Positions 22,201-32,958 are shown, counted from the whole stretch's first letter. The stretch is 63,520 nt of DNA, filler included, from Stramenopiles sp. TOSAG23-2 (GCA_900128395.1; 7 parts of 7 records of this genome joined end to end with filler, not necessarily neighbours in it); one strand, 5' to 3'. Notes: generated by a model not told the origin, from the letters alone. Numbers and translations are program-made.

Positions 22201-24885
22201 AAAGCCATTGATAGGTTTACGAATGATTCATCTGTATTAGTCATGCTATTGTCTACACGTGCTGGGGGGCTTGGGATCAACTTAATAAGCGCGGATACTG
22301 TTATAATATATGATAGTGATTGGAATCCACAAAATGACATACAAGCCATGGCACGTTGTCATCGAATTGGTCAGACAAAGCAAGTACAAGTTTATCGATT
22401 GCTGTCTTCAAATACGTATGAAATGCAAATGTTTCAAGCGGCATCGAAAAAATTAGGACTAGATCAAGCTGTATTGAATAAATTAGAAGAAGAAGGCGCG
22501 CAAGGTGCGGCAAAAGCGATAGAAAATAGCAGTTCATCAAGATCTACTTCCCCTGACGAAGCGAAAGAGTTGCAAAAGAAACGTGCCATGATAGGCTTAC
22601 AAAAAGGAGCTGGTAGTAAAAATCAACCAAAAACATTGAAAGAAAACAGTAAAAAAGATGTCGAAAGTTTATTGCGACATGGGGCGTACAATATGTTACG
22701 TGACGATGATGATGAGAGAAGTAAAACATTTTGTGAAGCAGATATTGAAGACATTTTAAAAACATCGACTAGAAAAATTCATGCTGCGCCTGGTAGTAAC
22801 CAAAATGGTAATGCTGGAATGGGTCAAACTGGTTCAAAGTTTTCTCGAGCTACGTTTGTTTCTGAAGGTGCTGGTTCAGTTGCGATCGATGATCCAGATT
22901 TTTGGAAGAAAATTATTGGTTTGGAAGATGTTGAACAACGTGCTACAAATGTAATTTTGTCTGGCAAGCGTAGACGAACGAAAGTGAAATCATATCGTGA
23001 GGAAGATAGTTTTGCTGATATTGATAAAGCTATAAGGGACAATAGAGAAGGCAAGGACGGTGATTCTTATGATTTTGATCCAGATGATGATTTGGATGTT
23101 GGTGAAGATTTAGAGGACGAGGAAGAACATTCTTCCATTAAATCAAAGTGGTTTTCAATTGTGAAAGATCGACTATTAACGTTTGGTTGGGGACGATGGG
23201 ATGAAATTAGCAAAGATTTAATTGCAAGCACGGCTTCGTCTTCATCATCGTCTGGGGGATCGAATAGAAGGGGGAAGCCAACAATGTTTGATATTCAAGC
23301 TGCATCTATTACATGGATTGCAATTTGGGCAATATCTGCTTCGTCGGGAGAAGGGCGCCCTGATGATGCACATTTAGCAGCAATTCAAAAAGGTAAGAGA
23401 AAGGCAAATGCGCCACCACCCTTAGAGACAACAAGTAAGACAAATAATAATAAGAAAGTTAAGGCAGATATGATGGACATTGATAAAGATAAGAAAAAGG
23501 ACGAAGAAGAGGAAGAGAAGGAAGAGGAAGAAGAAGAGGAGGAAGAGGAAGAAGAAGAGGAGGAAAATCCTTTAATAACTAAACTGACAAAATGGTTGCC
23601 AGATGATGCATTATCAGCTGTGCAATCTATACCATACATACTTGATGCAAATCAAGATCGTTTACGTGTCATTGTGCAAAATAAAATTACTCAGGATGAT
23701 ATCTCTTTGCGAAAAATTGAATTGGCATTGAAATTGCAACCTGGAAATTTGTCTTCATGGTTAGGAAAACGCTTAAGCCGATTTTCAACTTCGAGACTAT
23801 TGCCCAAGCTTCACAAATGGCTTTCTTCGACAATTGAAGATAAGTTGCGATGGCGGGTGCAAGCGGAGATTTTAAGAAGCAAGTCAAATACACGTACTGT
23901 TGCGGATCAAGCGAATTTAAATGAGGCAGAATTACACTTATTTGTTTACAAAAAGCGTGCTACCCTAGCGGCAACTAAATCGTGGGGATTGCCAAGTCTG
24001 CCAGCAGCATTTCAGAAATATTGCAAGTTTCCCACCTCAAATATCTCACGAGCCTTCAAACTCAATGCAAAAGAGATATTGAGTAGTTGGAAAATTATTT
24101 TACAAAATAACAAAAATAATTCTAACGTCGTTGCGTTGGAATCATTGGATCAAATTCCTGTGCCAATTGAATTTGGGAAATATATCAGTTTAGACCATAA
24201 TTCACCACAGCAATGTCGCAGATTCATCCAATCAATAAATAATTTCTTTTTTGTAAATGAAATTATAAGGGAAAAAAATATGGAAGAAATGTTACAACAA
24301 GCCCCAAGTGTCAAAGCAAAGAAAACTGCTGATGGTGATTCAGATGGCATGTCATGGATTCCTGTTGTTACTAATAAAAGATTTAAATTGCCCCATCCAA
24401 AATGGAGCAAAATTTGTGATGCAATTTTATTAATAGCTGTAGAAAAATATGGTCATACGAGACAAACGTTGGATAAATTACAACGGTATTTTTCTACCTC
24501 AAAGTCATGGTACCAAGTTATTGGTGATAATGTTGGAAAATATTTTGCTGGCATATGCTCGGAAATAGAAAGTGGATTGGTTACTTCAAAAGAACCTACG
24601 ACTACCACCACCACCACCACCACTACTACTACTACTACTTCTGTAAATGGGGAAGCAGTAGTTATGAAATGGCAAGATATTCGGAGTCGCTTTAACGCAG
24701 TAGTAGCGACGTATTTTGTTGGGAAACAGCGAAAACAGAAAAAGTTGAACGACCGTAAGAAAAAGTTGAACGACCGTACAAAACAGGATTTGAAACGAAT
24801 ATGGAGCAGGAAGAAAACGTTTATGAAACGTCTAATCATTCGTTTGAAGGGGAATCGCATACTAGGACCGAAATGGCTTGTATGA
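19225..24885 (+). CDS. CHD-family chromatin remodeller (chromo-chromo, PHD, SNF2 ATPase, helicase C), main ORF
   Basis: YLIKWKNYSYLHASWE and VYVKWEGMPYSASTWE chromodomains; PHD finger; LADEMGLGKT, DEAH, ELRKCCNHPFLI and DSDWNPQNDIQAMARCHRIGQ motifs. Confidence 0.92.
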   Translation: MTTVFLKDLEKNHQYYEKNTRRFFQSNGEIVIADGKIVGYGSDEESNSRLYHNVHGDGDEEDLDENEAKVAVDAYAKKLKVPPPNYKFPDNADGQQSESDDDINDPWPDNLTNGQWDPKKRFYASLNDESFYKMAKKHGLNPTRLLKSHKDFYPAHLRLHSKLQAGTLIDMRLYDRYDEATTELAEERAQELDQSKNSKTKKKNEKKTRNSNIRRSSARTAKNKSVKYAEWNSDDDDVPMESESESEEEEESEYDEDSSEEEEEESSSGDEDESSDYEEKSLKKSKGKGKATTRKTSKRPVRKASLRTREKNKNVESSSEEDDEDSSSSFDDEDVKKKKKKKKETMEDDFVVEIHIDLVLGVEKHSMAEWKEKCKHMTTTHITNGSIFRQKKRTFREGELELQTEERYLIKWKNYSYLHASWETIEDIHTMCDGTSAKKLDKYIDGLENKKTVPSDKFPVAERIIAMDKREKWYDVNNPPCEICHEYEDTEDNPAVLCDGCSFGCGHIQCLKLKAVPDGEWFCGKCTKKKKLTDDKLPVPFTLQYDHKMVYVKWEGMPYSASTWEHVADVADDHLVEEFVRVSKYPKQIKKSKKLKPEQYLQLVENEKYKNDNKLRSYQVESVKWMVWNYIHGRSSLLADEMGLGKTVQTVAFLNQLRQHHGSYGGPFLVVAPLSTIPHWIREFRAWTDMNAVILHGDPASRDIIYKYEWRFLDPERNYVKLGSATDLKFDVIITTYEGINMSYNQLKRVNWKVLVVDEAHRLKNRRSKLMEQFNHFKFDKTLLLTGTPIQNSMKELWSLLNFIAPGAFGTEETFDEKFGNMTSAKEIDELHQMIEKFFLRRLKGDVEHIPPREETIIEVELTIEQKRYYRAIYEQNRKYLYRGLKNVSKPSLMNISMELRKCCNHPFLIRGAEQAMLAQAKTKITANEMLIQACGKCVLLDKLLPKLKADGHRVLIFSQMVRMLDILADYLNYRGYSYASVDGRQRGNDRQKAIDRFTNDSSVLVMLLSTRAGGLGINLISADTVIIYDSDWNPQNDIQAMARCHRIGQTKQVQVYRLLSSNTYEMQMFQAASKKLGLDQAVLNKLEEEGAQGAAKAIENSSSSRSTSPDEAKELQKKRAMIGLQKGAGSKNQPKTLKENSKKDVESLLRHGAYNMLRDDDDERSKTFCEADIEDILKTSTRKIHAAPGSNQNGNAGMGQTGSKFSRATFVSEGAGSVAIDDPDFWKKIIGLEDVEQRATNVILSGKRRRTKVKSYREEDSFADIDKAIRDNREGKDGDSYDFDPDDDLDVGEDLEDEEEHSSIKSKWFSIVKDRLLTFGWGRWDEISKDLIASTASSSSSSGGSNRRGKPTMFDIQAASITWIAIWAISASSGEGRPDDAHLAAIQKGKRKANAPPPLETTSKTNNNKKVKADMMDIDKDKKKDEEEEEKEEEEEEEEEEEEEEENPLITKLTKWLPDDALSAVQSIPYILDANQDRLRVIVQNKITQDDISLRKIELALKLQPGNLSSWLGKRLSRFSTSRLLPKLHKWLSSTIEDKLRWRVQAEILRSKSNTRTVADQANLNEAELHLFVYKKRATLAATKSWGLPSLPAAFQKYCKFPTSNISRAFKLNAKEILSSWKIILQNNKNNSNVVALESLDQIPVPIEFGKYISLDHNSPQQCRRFIQSINNFFFVNEIIREKNMEEMLQQAPSVKAKKTADGDSDGMSWIPVVTNKRFKLPHPKWSKICDAILLIAVEKYGHTRQTLDKLQRYFSTSKSWYQVIGDNVGKYFAGICSEIESGLVTSKEPTTTTTTTTTTTTTTSVNGEAVVMKWQDIRSRFNAVVATYFVGKQRKQKKLNDRKKKLNDRTKQDLKRIWSRKKTFMKRLIIRLKGNRILGPKWLV
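24755..24786 (+). other. Candidate 32-nt spliceosomal intron
   Basis: GTAAGA...AAACAG; removing it joins the two CHD ORFs in frame (…KKLNDR-FETNMEQ…). Confidence 0.4.
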
Positions 24886-26270
24886 CCTGTGGTGCGTCAA
24901 ATTTGATTGGTGGCCAGTGCCCTGCGTGTAAAAAATCGCGCTCTGATGCGGACACAACACTATCTGGTATTCCAATGTCGGAAATTAACTTTTCGTATTC
25001 AAAGTTGAATGTATCTCCAAGAAAACTGTTCACCTTGTCGACATGCCCAAAAACGAAGGTACCAGTGGTAACCTCTATTGATGATGTACGGTGTCCGTCC
25101 GGGTTGTATCCTGGTGACTATTTGATAAAAGTTAATGAAATTAATGTTATTAAAAGTAAATTGAATATAGAAGAAATTTATGCGCTTCTAGATAAAGTTG
25201 ATGTTACCAACCTTTTGACTTTTACGTGTGAGTTATCTATGCATGATCAAACTCAAGTAATAAAAGAAGTAGCAATCGATATCATGAAGAGTGAAATTAA
25301 TATTGCACAAAAATATTTACAAGCGAATGTGAATCAGGTAAATAATTATAACAGCCAATATAGAAAAATACATGATAACGTAATCGCATTAAAAGATGCA
25401 ATAGAAACTGGAAAGATGGTTGAATCAGTCCAGTTGCCAAATGCTGCAGCGGAGAAACGACGTAAAAAGAGGAAAAAAGCGGAGCCAACCATACAAAACA
25501 ACAATATAACGACATCCGAAGTTGCAAGTACAAATGATAACTACCGCCAGGGTCGTTGGACAAAAGAAGAAAAGGATATGTATTTACTCGGTTTGGAACA
25601 GCATGGAAACGATTTGAGAGCAATACAGCTCATGATACCCACCAGATCTCTTACACAGATAACTGGGCATGCAGTAAATTTAGCGAAATCGCGGGCGGAT
25701 GAACAGGTGCAAGCACACAAACGGAGGAAAAAAAGACAAGCCGGAAAACTGGCAAGTATTTGTAATCATTTCGAATGCAATCGGCCAGTATTTGGATTTA
25801 AATTCTGTAAATATCATGTTCGTACAAATATTAACCGCAATCTAGTAGAGAATTTTGCGAGTATTTTAGAAGGTGAATTTGACATAAATCCATATCCAAC
25901 AGATGAAGATTGCGTTCGTTTGCAATCATTGACAAATATGTCTTGTAAAAACGTACGTGTATGGTTCGAAGACAAAAGTAGACGTGATCTTATAGAAAAG
26001 AAACGATTGCAAGAAGAACATTTGTTAGAAATTCGACGGAGAAATGAAGCAGATCGCCTTGAGGTTCAGTATCAGCGTATAAAGATGCTTCAACAAGCAT
26101 CATCCGAAGGTAGCTCTAAGCCGAAACAAAAAAAATATAGAACAAAACCGAAACTAAATGGCAATAATAGGATTCGTTCGTCATATCAAATGGCTGGATT
26201 AATACCATTGAATATGGACGCATTCGCACATCTTGATCGAGATAAAGAAGTTACAATCATTGATGATTAA
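24787..26270 (+). CDS. Probable C-terminal exon of the CHD gene: Zn ribbon, PDZ-like, Myb/SANT, C3H finger, homeodomain-like
   Basis: CMTC..CPAC; GLYPGDYLIKVNE; GRWTKEEKDMYLLGLEQHGND...IPTRSLTQITGHA; CNHFEC...FCKYH; FDINPYPTDED...VRVWFEDK. Overlaps the main ORF in the -1 frame. Confidence 0.7.
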
Positions 26271-27237
26271 TTCTTACGAAAGTTCGTACGCACGGCGTAT
26301 CATATGTATTGTGTGTGTGTGTGTGTAAATGTGATAAAGTAAAATCTACTGAAGATTTTAATCAAGATCAAATACTTGTGTATGATATCATATCATATCA
26401 TAGTATAAATGCGCGCGTGTAATTCATTGGAGTGAAACGGAACATGAGAAATTTTTAGTTGCTATAAAATTATATGAAAATGATAAGAAAAAATGGAAAC
26501 ACGTTGCAGCATATATTGGTACACGTACTGCACATCAATGCCGTGGTCATTTTAGTGCATATAGCGGGAACCGATATAAGACAAATTTGTTGAAACGGGA
26601 TACAATAATTGATGGTGGTGGTGGTGGTGAGGAGTGAGGAGTGAGAGAAGAGTGAGAGGAAAGAGTGAGAGGAGTGAAGGAGGTGTGTATAATATGTGTA
26701 TGTGCGGAAAATTTTGTATAAAATTATAAACACACACACATGTACGAAAAATTAATAACATTTATAAAATAACTATAAGCTGGTATTTTTAAAATTAATA
26801 TTCGTAATATTTTTGATGATGAAAATACAATTTTTTTAAATGAAAATATCATATAATATTTTTTTATTGTGAGTATACACATAAGCAGTTATCGATAACT
26901 GTTTACGGAAAAATGGGGATTGTGTAAAAATTTTGTTCGTGTTGCTTTACTTGTTATTGTCGTAAAAAGAAAAAAGTAGGGAAACTTATCATCGGTGGTT
27001 GGAAACTGAAAACAACATAAATTTACCAGCGTCACCAGGGGAAAAAGAATGAAAGTAAATGAAAATGAGAATAAATACAAAAGTTAAAAATGATATGTAA
27101 TATTACTTCATCCTTGACGATGAAAGATGAAAAAGGAAGAAGAAGAAGAGGAGAGGATTATGATTGGAGCCAGGGAAAGACTCGAAAGCTCCAAGGAAAG
27201 ATGTCCAATTCTCTTCTTCTTTTATTTATTCTGAGAT

Positions 27238-27525
27238 TTATATAATATATTTCAATTTTAATTCATTTGCTTCATCTAATCTACCTTGTTGTTTCAATAA
27301 TTTTACAAGATTTTTAGCGGAATATCTTGTAACCGGGTGATTTATTCCGTGTATTTCTTCCTGACCACGTAAATCTCGTTCAAACAATGGTATCGCTTCA
27401 TTTATTTTACCTTGTGTTTTTAATAAATCAGCAAGATTGTATACAGAATTTAATGTATCTGAATGTTTTAGTCCTAACATTTCTTCTTGACCTTCTAATG
27501 CACGTTTATATAATAATTCAGCTTC
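27238..27525 (-). CDS. Kinesin-light-chain-type TPR protein, C-terminal fragment
   Basis: EAELLYKRALEGQEEMLGLKHSDTLNSVYNLADLLKTQGKINEAIPLFER repeats; cut by the contig end. Confidence 0.8.
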   Translation of the reverse strand, partial: EAELLYKRALEGQEEMLGLKHSDTLNSVYNLADLLKTQGKINEAIPLFERDLRGQEEIHGINHPVTRYSAKNLVKLLKQQGRLDEANELKLKYII

Positions 27526-27625
27526 NNNNNNNNNNNNNNNNNNNNNNNNNNNNNNNNNNNNNNNNNNNNTTAATTAATTAANNNNNNNNNNNNNNNNNNN
27601 NNNNNNNNNNNNNNNNNNNNNNNNN
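27526..27625. other. Artificial contig linker
   Basis: 44 N + TTAATTAATTAA + 44 N. Confidence 0.98.
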
Positions 27626-27678
27626 TCATATATTAAAATATATAAATTTCTTTTACTCCCGTTCATTAACATCTCAAA
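27626..27678 (+). repeat. Dispersed ~75-bp repeat, copy 2 (truncated by contig start)
   Basis: Matches the reverse complement of about 30681-30733. Confidence 0.8.
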
Positions 27679-27686
27679 ATACTACC

Positions 27687-28818
27687 TTGTTGAAACAAGC
27701 ATGTAAAAACCAATGTTCCGGCCATGGTACATGCGATCTTTCCAACATGATCAAGAAAGGCAACATGTGCTTCAAATGTAACTGTGTTAAAAACTGGTAT
27801 GGCGAGGATTGCAGTCAAATGAAACCACCAAGTGATGATATTAATGAAAAATGCAACATGGCTAACCATGATTGTGGTTCCGGCGGCAAAGTAGATGAAA
27901 AAAGCTGTAAATGTATCTGTGGAAAATGTAGAACTGGTAAATTCTGTACAACTGTTAAGAAAACAGCAGAATGTGCTGAGTTCAAAGAAGATGATTTCAA
28001 GAACGTAAATAAAAAAGTTATTAATAAAGGGGGTGATGATGATTTAAAACCTCCTGATGCAAACAAGGCAGCAACGTTAGATGCACCTGCAAAAGATTCT
28101 GCTGCAAATATACAAATTCCAGCAAAATATAAAAAAGATCTTGAAAACAAATTAGGAGACTTAGTAGCGGAAGGTAAAAACTTTGATGAAAAAGCAAAAG
28201 GTTGACCAAGATGAGAAAAAAGTGAAAGCTGATTTCGAATCGATTCAATCCGGTGCTATGATTGAAATGGCTAGTAAAAAAGAATGCGAGAAAGGATGTG
28301 AGGAAAATGGTGTCTGTCTGAAAAATGGTGTATGTGACTGTAATCCTGGATTCAAAGGCAAAGCATGTAGTAAAAAAATCCCTTGCCCAAATGGATGTAG
28401 TGGACGTGGTAAATGCCACAGGGCACAATGCTTTTGCCACCCAGGTTTCTCAGGCAAAGATTGCACAAAAGTGGACAGTAGTTTTAGTCCACAAGCAACA
28501 ATAGCACAAGCAACAAATACAGTAGCAGCATCATTAAAAGCAGCAGCAGCAGCACCACCAGCAACAACCCATGTTGAGAAAAAATCAGATGCATGGCATA
28601 CAAGTGGCGTTATCATACTTGGAAGCGCCATGTTCACCATCGGTGTTGTTGCAGGATTATTTAGTAAATTTATCAGTGATAAAAGAAAACGTAGCGAGGC
28701 GAAGAAAATATTGGAGGAAACAAACCATGGCGATTTTGAAGACGATTCAATGCGTAACGTATTGTATTCATCCTTGGCAAGCCCACCAATGCCTATGCCT
28801 CCAACGGTTGGATTGTAA
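27687..28818 (+). CDS. EGF-like (tenascin-type) repeat single-pass membrane protein; 5'-partial, +1 frameshift near 28190-28199
   Basis: CKNQCSGHGTC, CNPGFKGKACS and CPNGCSGRGKC...CHPGFSGKDC EGF repeats; TM GVIILGSAMFTIGVVAGLF; two ORFs join by dropping one A. Confidence 0.8.
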
Positions 28819-29300
28819 TTACTGTTAAACACATTTTAAAAGAGTCGAAAATATAAAAAATTATTTATAAAAAATCCCAATAATACTAAAAATAGAAATA
28901 CTGAAATTTTTTAATAATTTTTTATAAAATGTATATACCCGTGTTCCTAAAATGCCTTGTTTGTATTTTTATACGCGCGCGATGCATGTACGTATATTAT
29001 ATATACACTCTCCCACTGTGTATCAATCGTTCTCTAGATGTACATGTGTAATATTTTAAAATACGCTTCCTGTCTTTTGCTTCTTGTTGTTTTTTGCATG
29101 CTTGTGGTGGTTGCCTATATGCTGGTTTTTTGTTGTTGCGCATAATGCATAATAACAATGATGGTTAATAATTGAAATAATACAAAGTATATATATTAAT
29201 ATGATATTAATAAAAATAGACAAATAGAAAAATTATTAATAATAAATCATTTATATATATTTATGTAATATGAAACAAAAAACCAAATACAGAGTAAAAC

Positions 29301-30395
29301 ATGGCGACACCATTTACGGAAACAGAAATAAATTCAGCAATTGAATCATTAATTGCTTTGGAACCTACTTTTAGCGAGAATGCTGAACAATATACAGCTC
29401 TATTAAAACAATATGCACATTTATCACATAAACAATGGAATGTAACAGAGAATTGTTCAAATGAATTAGCAAAATTAATTGGAGATGTAGACGCTACATT
29501 ATTTCAAACGCTCTTTAAAAGAGTGCTGAGCGGTGGTAATTGGGCTGGTGCAATGGAGGCAAAAATAAATAGAAACAAGAACGATAAGAATAAGAAACCA
29601 TGGGTAGTATTAGTAACAGGGCTTAATGGTATTCGTAAGACCACTTCAATTTATCAAAAATTTTTCAAAAAATTATTATCAGAAGCAATTGTCACTCCAA
29701 CAACAACAACAACGACGATAGTAAATATTGATGATTTACCTGACGGAAACAATTCATTTTTCAGGCAATTAGATTACATGTTAGCAACATTAGCAAATAA
29801 CGAATTTAAAGGATTATACACTGATTTTTCGGATAAGCCCGTTGCAGACTATAGTAAACAGAAAGCAAGTATATTTAAAAGATATAGAATGTTAGCTGAA
29901 ATGCTTGGCATATACTTGATGAAAACTTGTAAAAAACATGGGATGAATGTAATGGTAGAAACTAGTGGACGTGATGTAGCAATGTTTAAATATATTGAGC
30001 ATATCTTTCCAGAGAACGATTTATATAATAAACTAGTTTTACATTTTACGATCAATGATTTGAAACATGCAGAAACAAGTGTTGATAGTAGAATGTTAAA
30101 AGAGATGTCTAATGGAAAAGCTGCACTTTCTTCTAATACTACCGATCGAAATAAAATTATTGAAGCCAATGCCGGTGGACCATATGGATCGGAAGTATTA
30201 CATGATGTACAAGCTGCTTCTGATAAAGTATGGGAATCTATTTTAGATAATAGCGCAGGTGTTGGTGATGGTTGGCACAAGGCTAGTTTCCTTGTCAATG
30301 GGAATGAGGATCCAAATAAATGGACAATATGCGCATGCAATAATGAGAAAATAAACGAGGAAAAACAAGTCTACGGATTTGAACCTTTATCTTGA
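29301..30395 (+). CDS. P-loop kinase, zeta-toxin-like
   Basis: KPWVVLVTGLNGIRKTT (variant Walker A) and NVMVETSG (Walker-B region typical of zeta-like kinases). Confidence 0.65.
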   Translation: MATPFTETEINSAIESLIALEPTFSENAEQYTALLKQYAHLSHKQWNVTENCSNELAKLIGDVDATLFQTLFKRVLSGGNWAGAMEAKINRNKNDKNKKPWVVLVTGLNGIRKTTSIYQKFFKKLLSEAIVTPTTTTTTIVNIDDLPDGNNSFFRQLDYMLATLANNEFKGLYTDFSDKPVADYSKQKASIFKRYRMLAEMLGIYLMKTCKKHGMNVMVETSGRDVAMFKYIEHIFPENDLYNKLVLHFTINDLKHAETSVDSRMLKEMSNGKAALSSNTTDRNKIIEANAGGPYGSEVLHDVQAASDKVWESILDNSAGVGDGWHKASFLVNGNEDPNKWTICACNNEKINEEKQVYGFEPLS

Positions 30396-30676
30396 TAATG
30401 CCTTATATGTATAGCTATGATATATATTATAATGTAGGTACTAAAAAAATTACGAAGCGTACGAAGTATGGCATAGCGGGCCATTAATTAAATTCTTGTT
30501 TTTTTAAATACCTTTGGTATATATATTTAATATTTTAAAATATTTATATATATATATATGATTTACAAACTTTATGAAGGAGTAGCTTCTTCACCTTAAC
30601 TGTAAATCACAGACAGAGGAAGAATCTTTTGAATACTATCATTTAAATAATTTACTAAACTTTATATAAATCATTT

Positions 30677-30751
30677 TTGATTTGAGATGTTAATGAACGG
30701 GAGTAAAAGAAATTTATATATTTTAATATATGAGTAAGAGAACATTTTATA
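30677..30751 (-). repeat. Dispersed ~75-bp repeat, copy 3
   Basis: Reverse complement of the sequences at 77-162 and 27626-27678. Confidence 0.8.
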
Positions 30752-31006
30752 TGATGTAAATATAATATACACGAATAACACACACCGAAAATGTATCCAT
30801 AAAAAGATATGAAAGATATATCATGTATACGTACGAGCTCGTACAGTACGAAGTTCGCCCGGCCTGACGTATACGACTCGTATGCATATATTTTAATAGT
30901 AAACATGGCACACTTTCTCTCTTTCTCTCCCTCTCTCAACACACTTTTGTACTCTCTTCAAACCATCACATGTATAATCACATACATTTTTTTATCTGTG
31001 TGCAAA

Positions 31007-32368
31007 TTATTTCTTTTTCTTCTGTTCCATTTTCAATTTTTCTTTATATTCATCAGCAGCTGCTAAACGTTCTAACAAAGTGGGGTGACTGTGATGATAC
31101 ATTGAATGCAACCAATCTGGGTTAAAATCTGATTTATTTGCTTTACTGATCAATTTCAAACTACTATTAATATCATACCCAAGATATACAGCATAACGAT
31201 CTGCGCTAAATTCTAATTGGCGTACGAAAAAGTTTTGAATTACACTCCAGGTAGGCATTATAGCCATAGAATAAACGGCTAAAAAACAATGTAATTTTAA
31301 AAATGTTGTTGCATAATTTTCATTTGTTAAATCGTCTGTAAAACCAAAGCTGGTTACAACACTTGGTACATTTTGCATGAAGCCAAATGAAAAAAACATT
31401 AAAAAGAAATTGATCATACTCATTCCTAATAACATCCAATTATGATTCATAATACTATGTCCAATTTCATGCCCAACAACTGCTTTAATTCTCTCAACAT
31501 CATCATTTAAATCTTTTACTAATGTATCATAAATTACAATACGTTTGGAGCAAAAAAAGCCAGCAACATATGCATTTGAGTGCGAGCTTTGTTTACTACC
31601 ATCAACCATAAAAGCATTCTTACAATCAAGACCAGTTTGTCCAATCAATTCATCAATGCCAGTTTTTAATTCACCATCTTCCAATGGTGTAAATTTATTA
31701 AAAAGTGGTGCAAATACTATTGGATATAGTGTATTCATTACAAGTGCAAATATGGTAATAAATACCCATAGATAAAACCAAGCATTTGGCCCTGCCCACA
31801 TAATAATATATAACATACCAACATTTAGTAATCCACCAATTACTTGATTCATAAGAAATCCCTTTACAGTATCTCCAGCAAAACTGCCAATGGTATGTTT
31901 ATTAAATCCAAATTTTTCCTCAATATGGAATGTAATTAAAAGTGCTACTGGTAAACCTACAAGTTGTTCAATAACGGAGGAATAAAGTGAAAATGCCAAC
32001 ACTTGTGCTAATGTATTCCCTGGCATAAGTTCCGAACTTTTTTCCCAAATAGTTGGCCAATACATGATAACTACTAAACTAGTAATTGTGGAATATGTAT
32101 CCGTCAGAAAACCATATCCATTTTTATACATATTGTAATCATATGATTTTTGATATTCATCCTTGGTCACAATACCTTTCAACTCTGGTATATATCCCTT
32201 TTTCAATGCAAAACGTTTTCGTAAGCGTAAATACGATTCTATTACAAAGAAAAAACCTACGGTGTAAATCAAATTCATTCGAAAATCAATATCATTCACA
32301 TATTTTGAGTTAAACAACTCTTCAATAGTTTCTAACATTTGGGTCAGTTGAGTGGCCATTATTATCAT
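31007..32368 (-). CDS. STE24: CAAX prenyl protease 1 (peptidase M48A)
   Basis: TFHIEEKFGFNK, APLFNKFTPLEDGEL, DGSKQSSHSNAY, KRIVIYDTL, HEIGH zinc motif, EFSADRYA and HSHPTLLERL. Confidence 0.93.
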   Translation of the reverse strand: MIIMATQLTQMLETIEELFNSKYVNDIDFRMNLIYTVGFFFVIESYLRLRKRFALKKGYIPELKGIVTKDEYQKSYDYNMYKNGYGFLTDTYSTITSLVVIMYWPTIWEKSSELMPGNTLAQVLAFSLYSSVIEQLVGLPVALLITFHIEEKFGFNKHTIGSFAGDTVKGFLMNQVIGGLLNVGMLYIIMWAGPNAWFYLWVFITIFALVMNTLYPIVFAPLFNKFTPLEDGELKTGIDELIGQTGLDCKNAFMVDGSKQSSHSNAYVAGFFCSKRIVIYDTLVKDLNDDVERIKAVVGHEIGHSIMNHNWMLLGMSMINFFLMFFSFGFMQNVPSVVTSFGFTDDLTNENYATTFLKLHCFLAVYSMAIMPTWSVIQNFFVRQLEFSADRYAVYLGYDINSSLKLISKANKSDFNPDWLHSMYHHSHPTLLERLAAADEYKEKLKMEQKKKK

Positions 32369-32958
32369 TAAATATATATATTACGTCAATATAATTTAAT
32401 ATATATAAATATATATATATATACTTGCTTTAATTTAGTATAGAGTAAAGAGAAGAATGTACAATATTAACAGATACTGTAATCAATATATTTGTATTTA
32501 GATTGTTAAAACTATAAGAAGAAGAAAGATCCTTATAAGGATCTTATATTATATTATACCAGGTATATATTGGATCTTCTATGCACCTATAATAGCCAAC
32601 CTATATTTAGTTTGTTTGTTTGATATGAGGGCACATGTGGGGTTTGTAAAAATTTGTTTAAATAATAATATACTAAGAAGTATAATTACCTATGAAGTTA
32701 ATAAAAATGTTTTTTTTTACACTTCTCAATGTGCCAATAAATATTTGATGATGTCACACATGTGTTGAAATAATATATAAAACACATTTTGATTCATATT
32801 AATATTTTTCAAATAATCTCTCTCTTCTCTAATTCATTTGTTTCTGTCTATATATATACTATACGTATATATATATACACACACATTGTAAAATAACATA
32901 AACGAAAATCATTTTTTTAATATTTTTTTCTAAAAATAAATTTCACGAATAATAAAAT

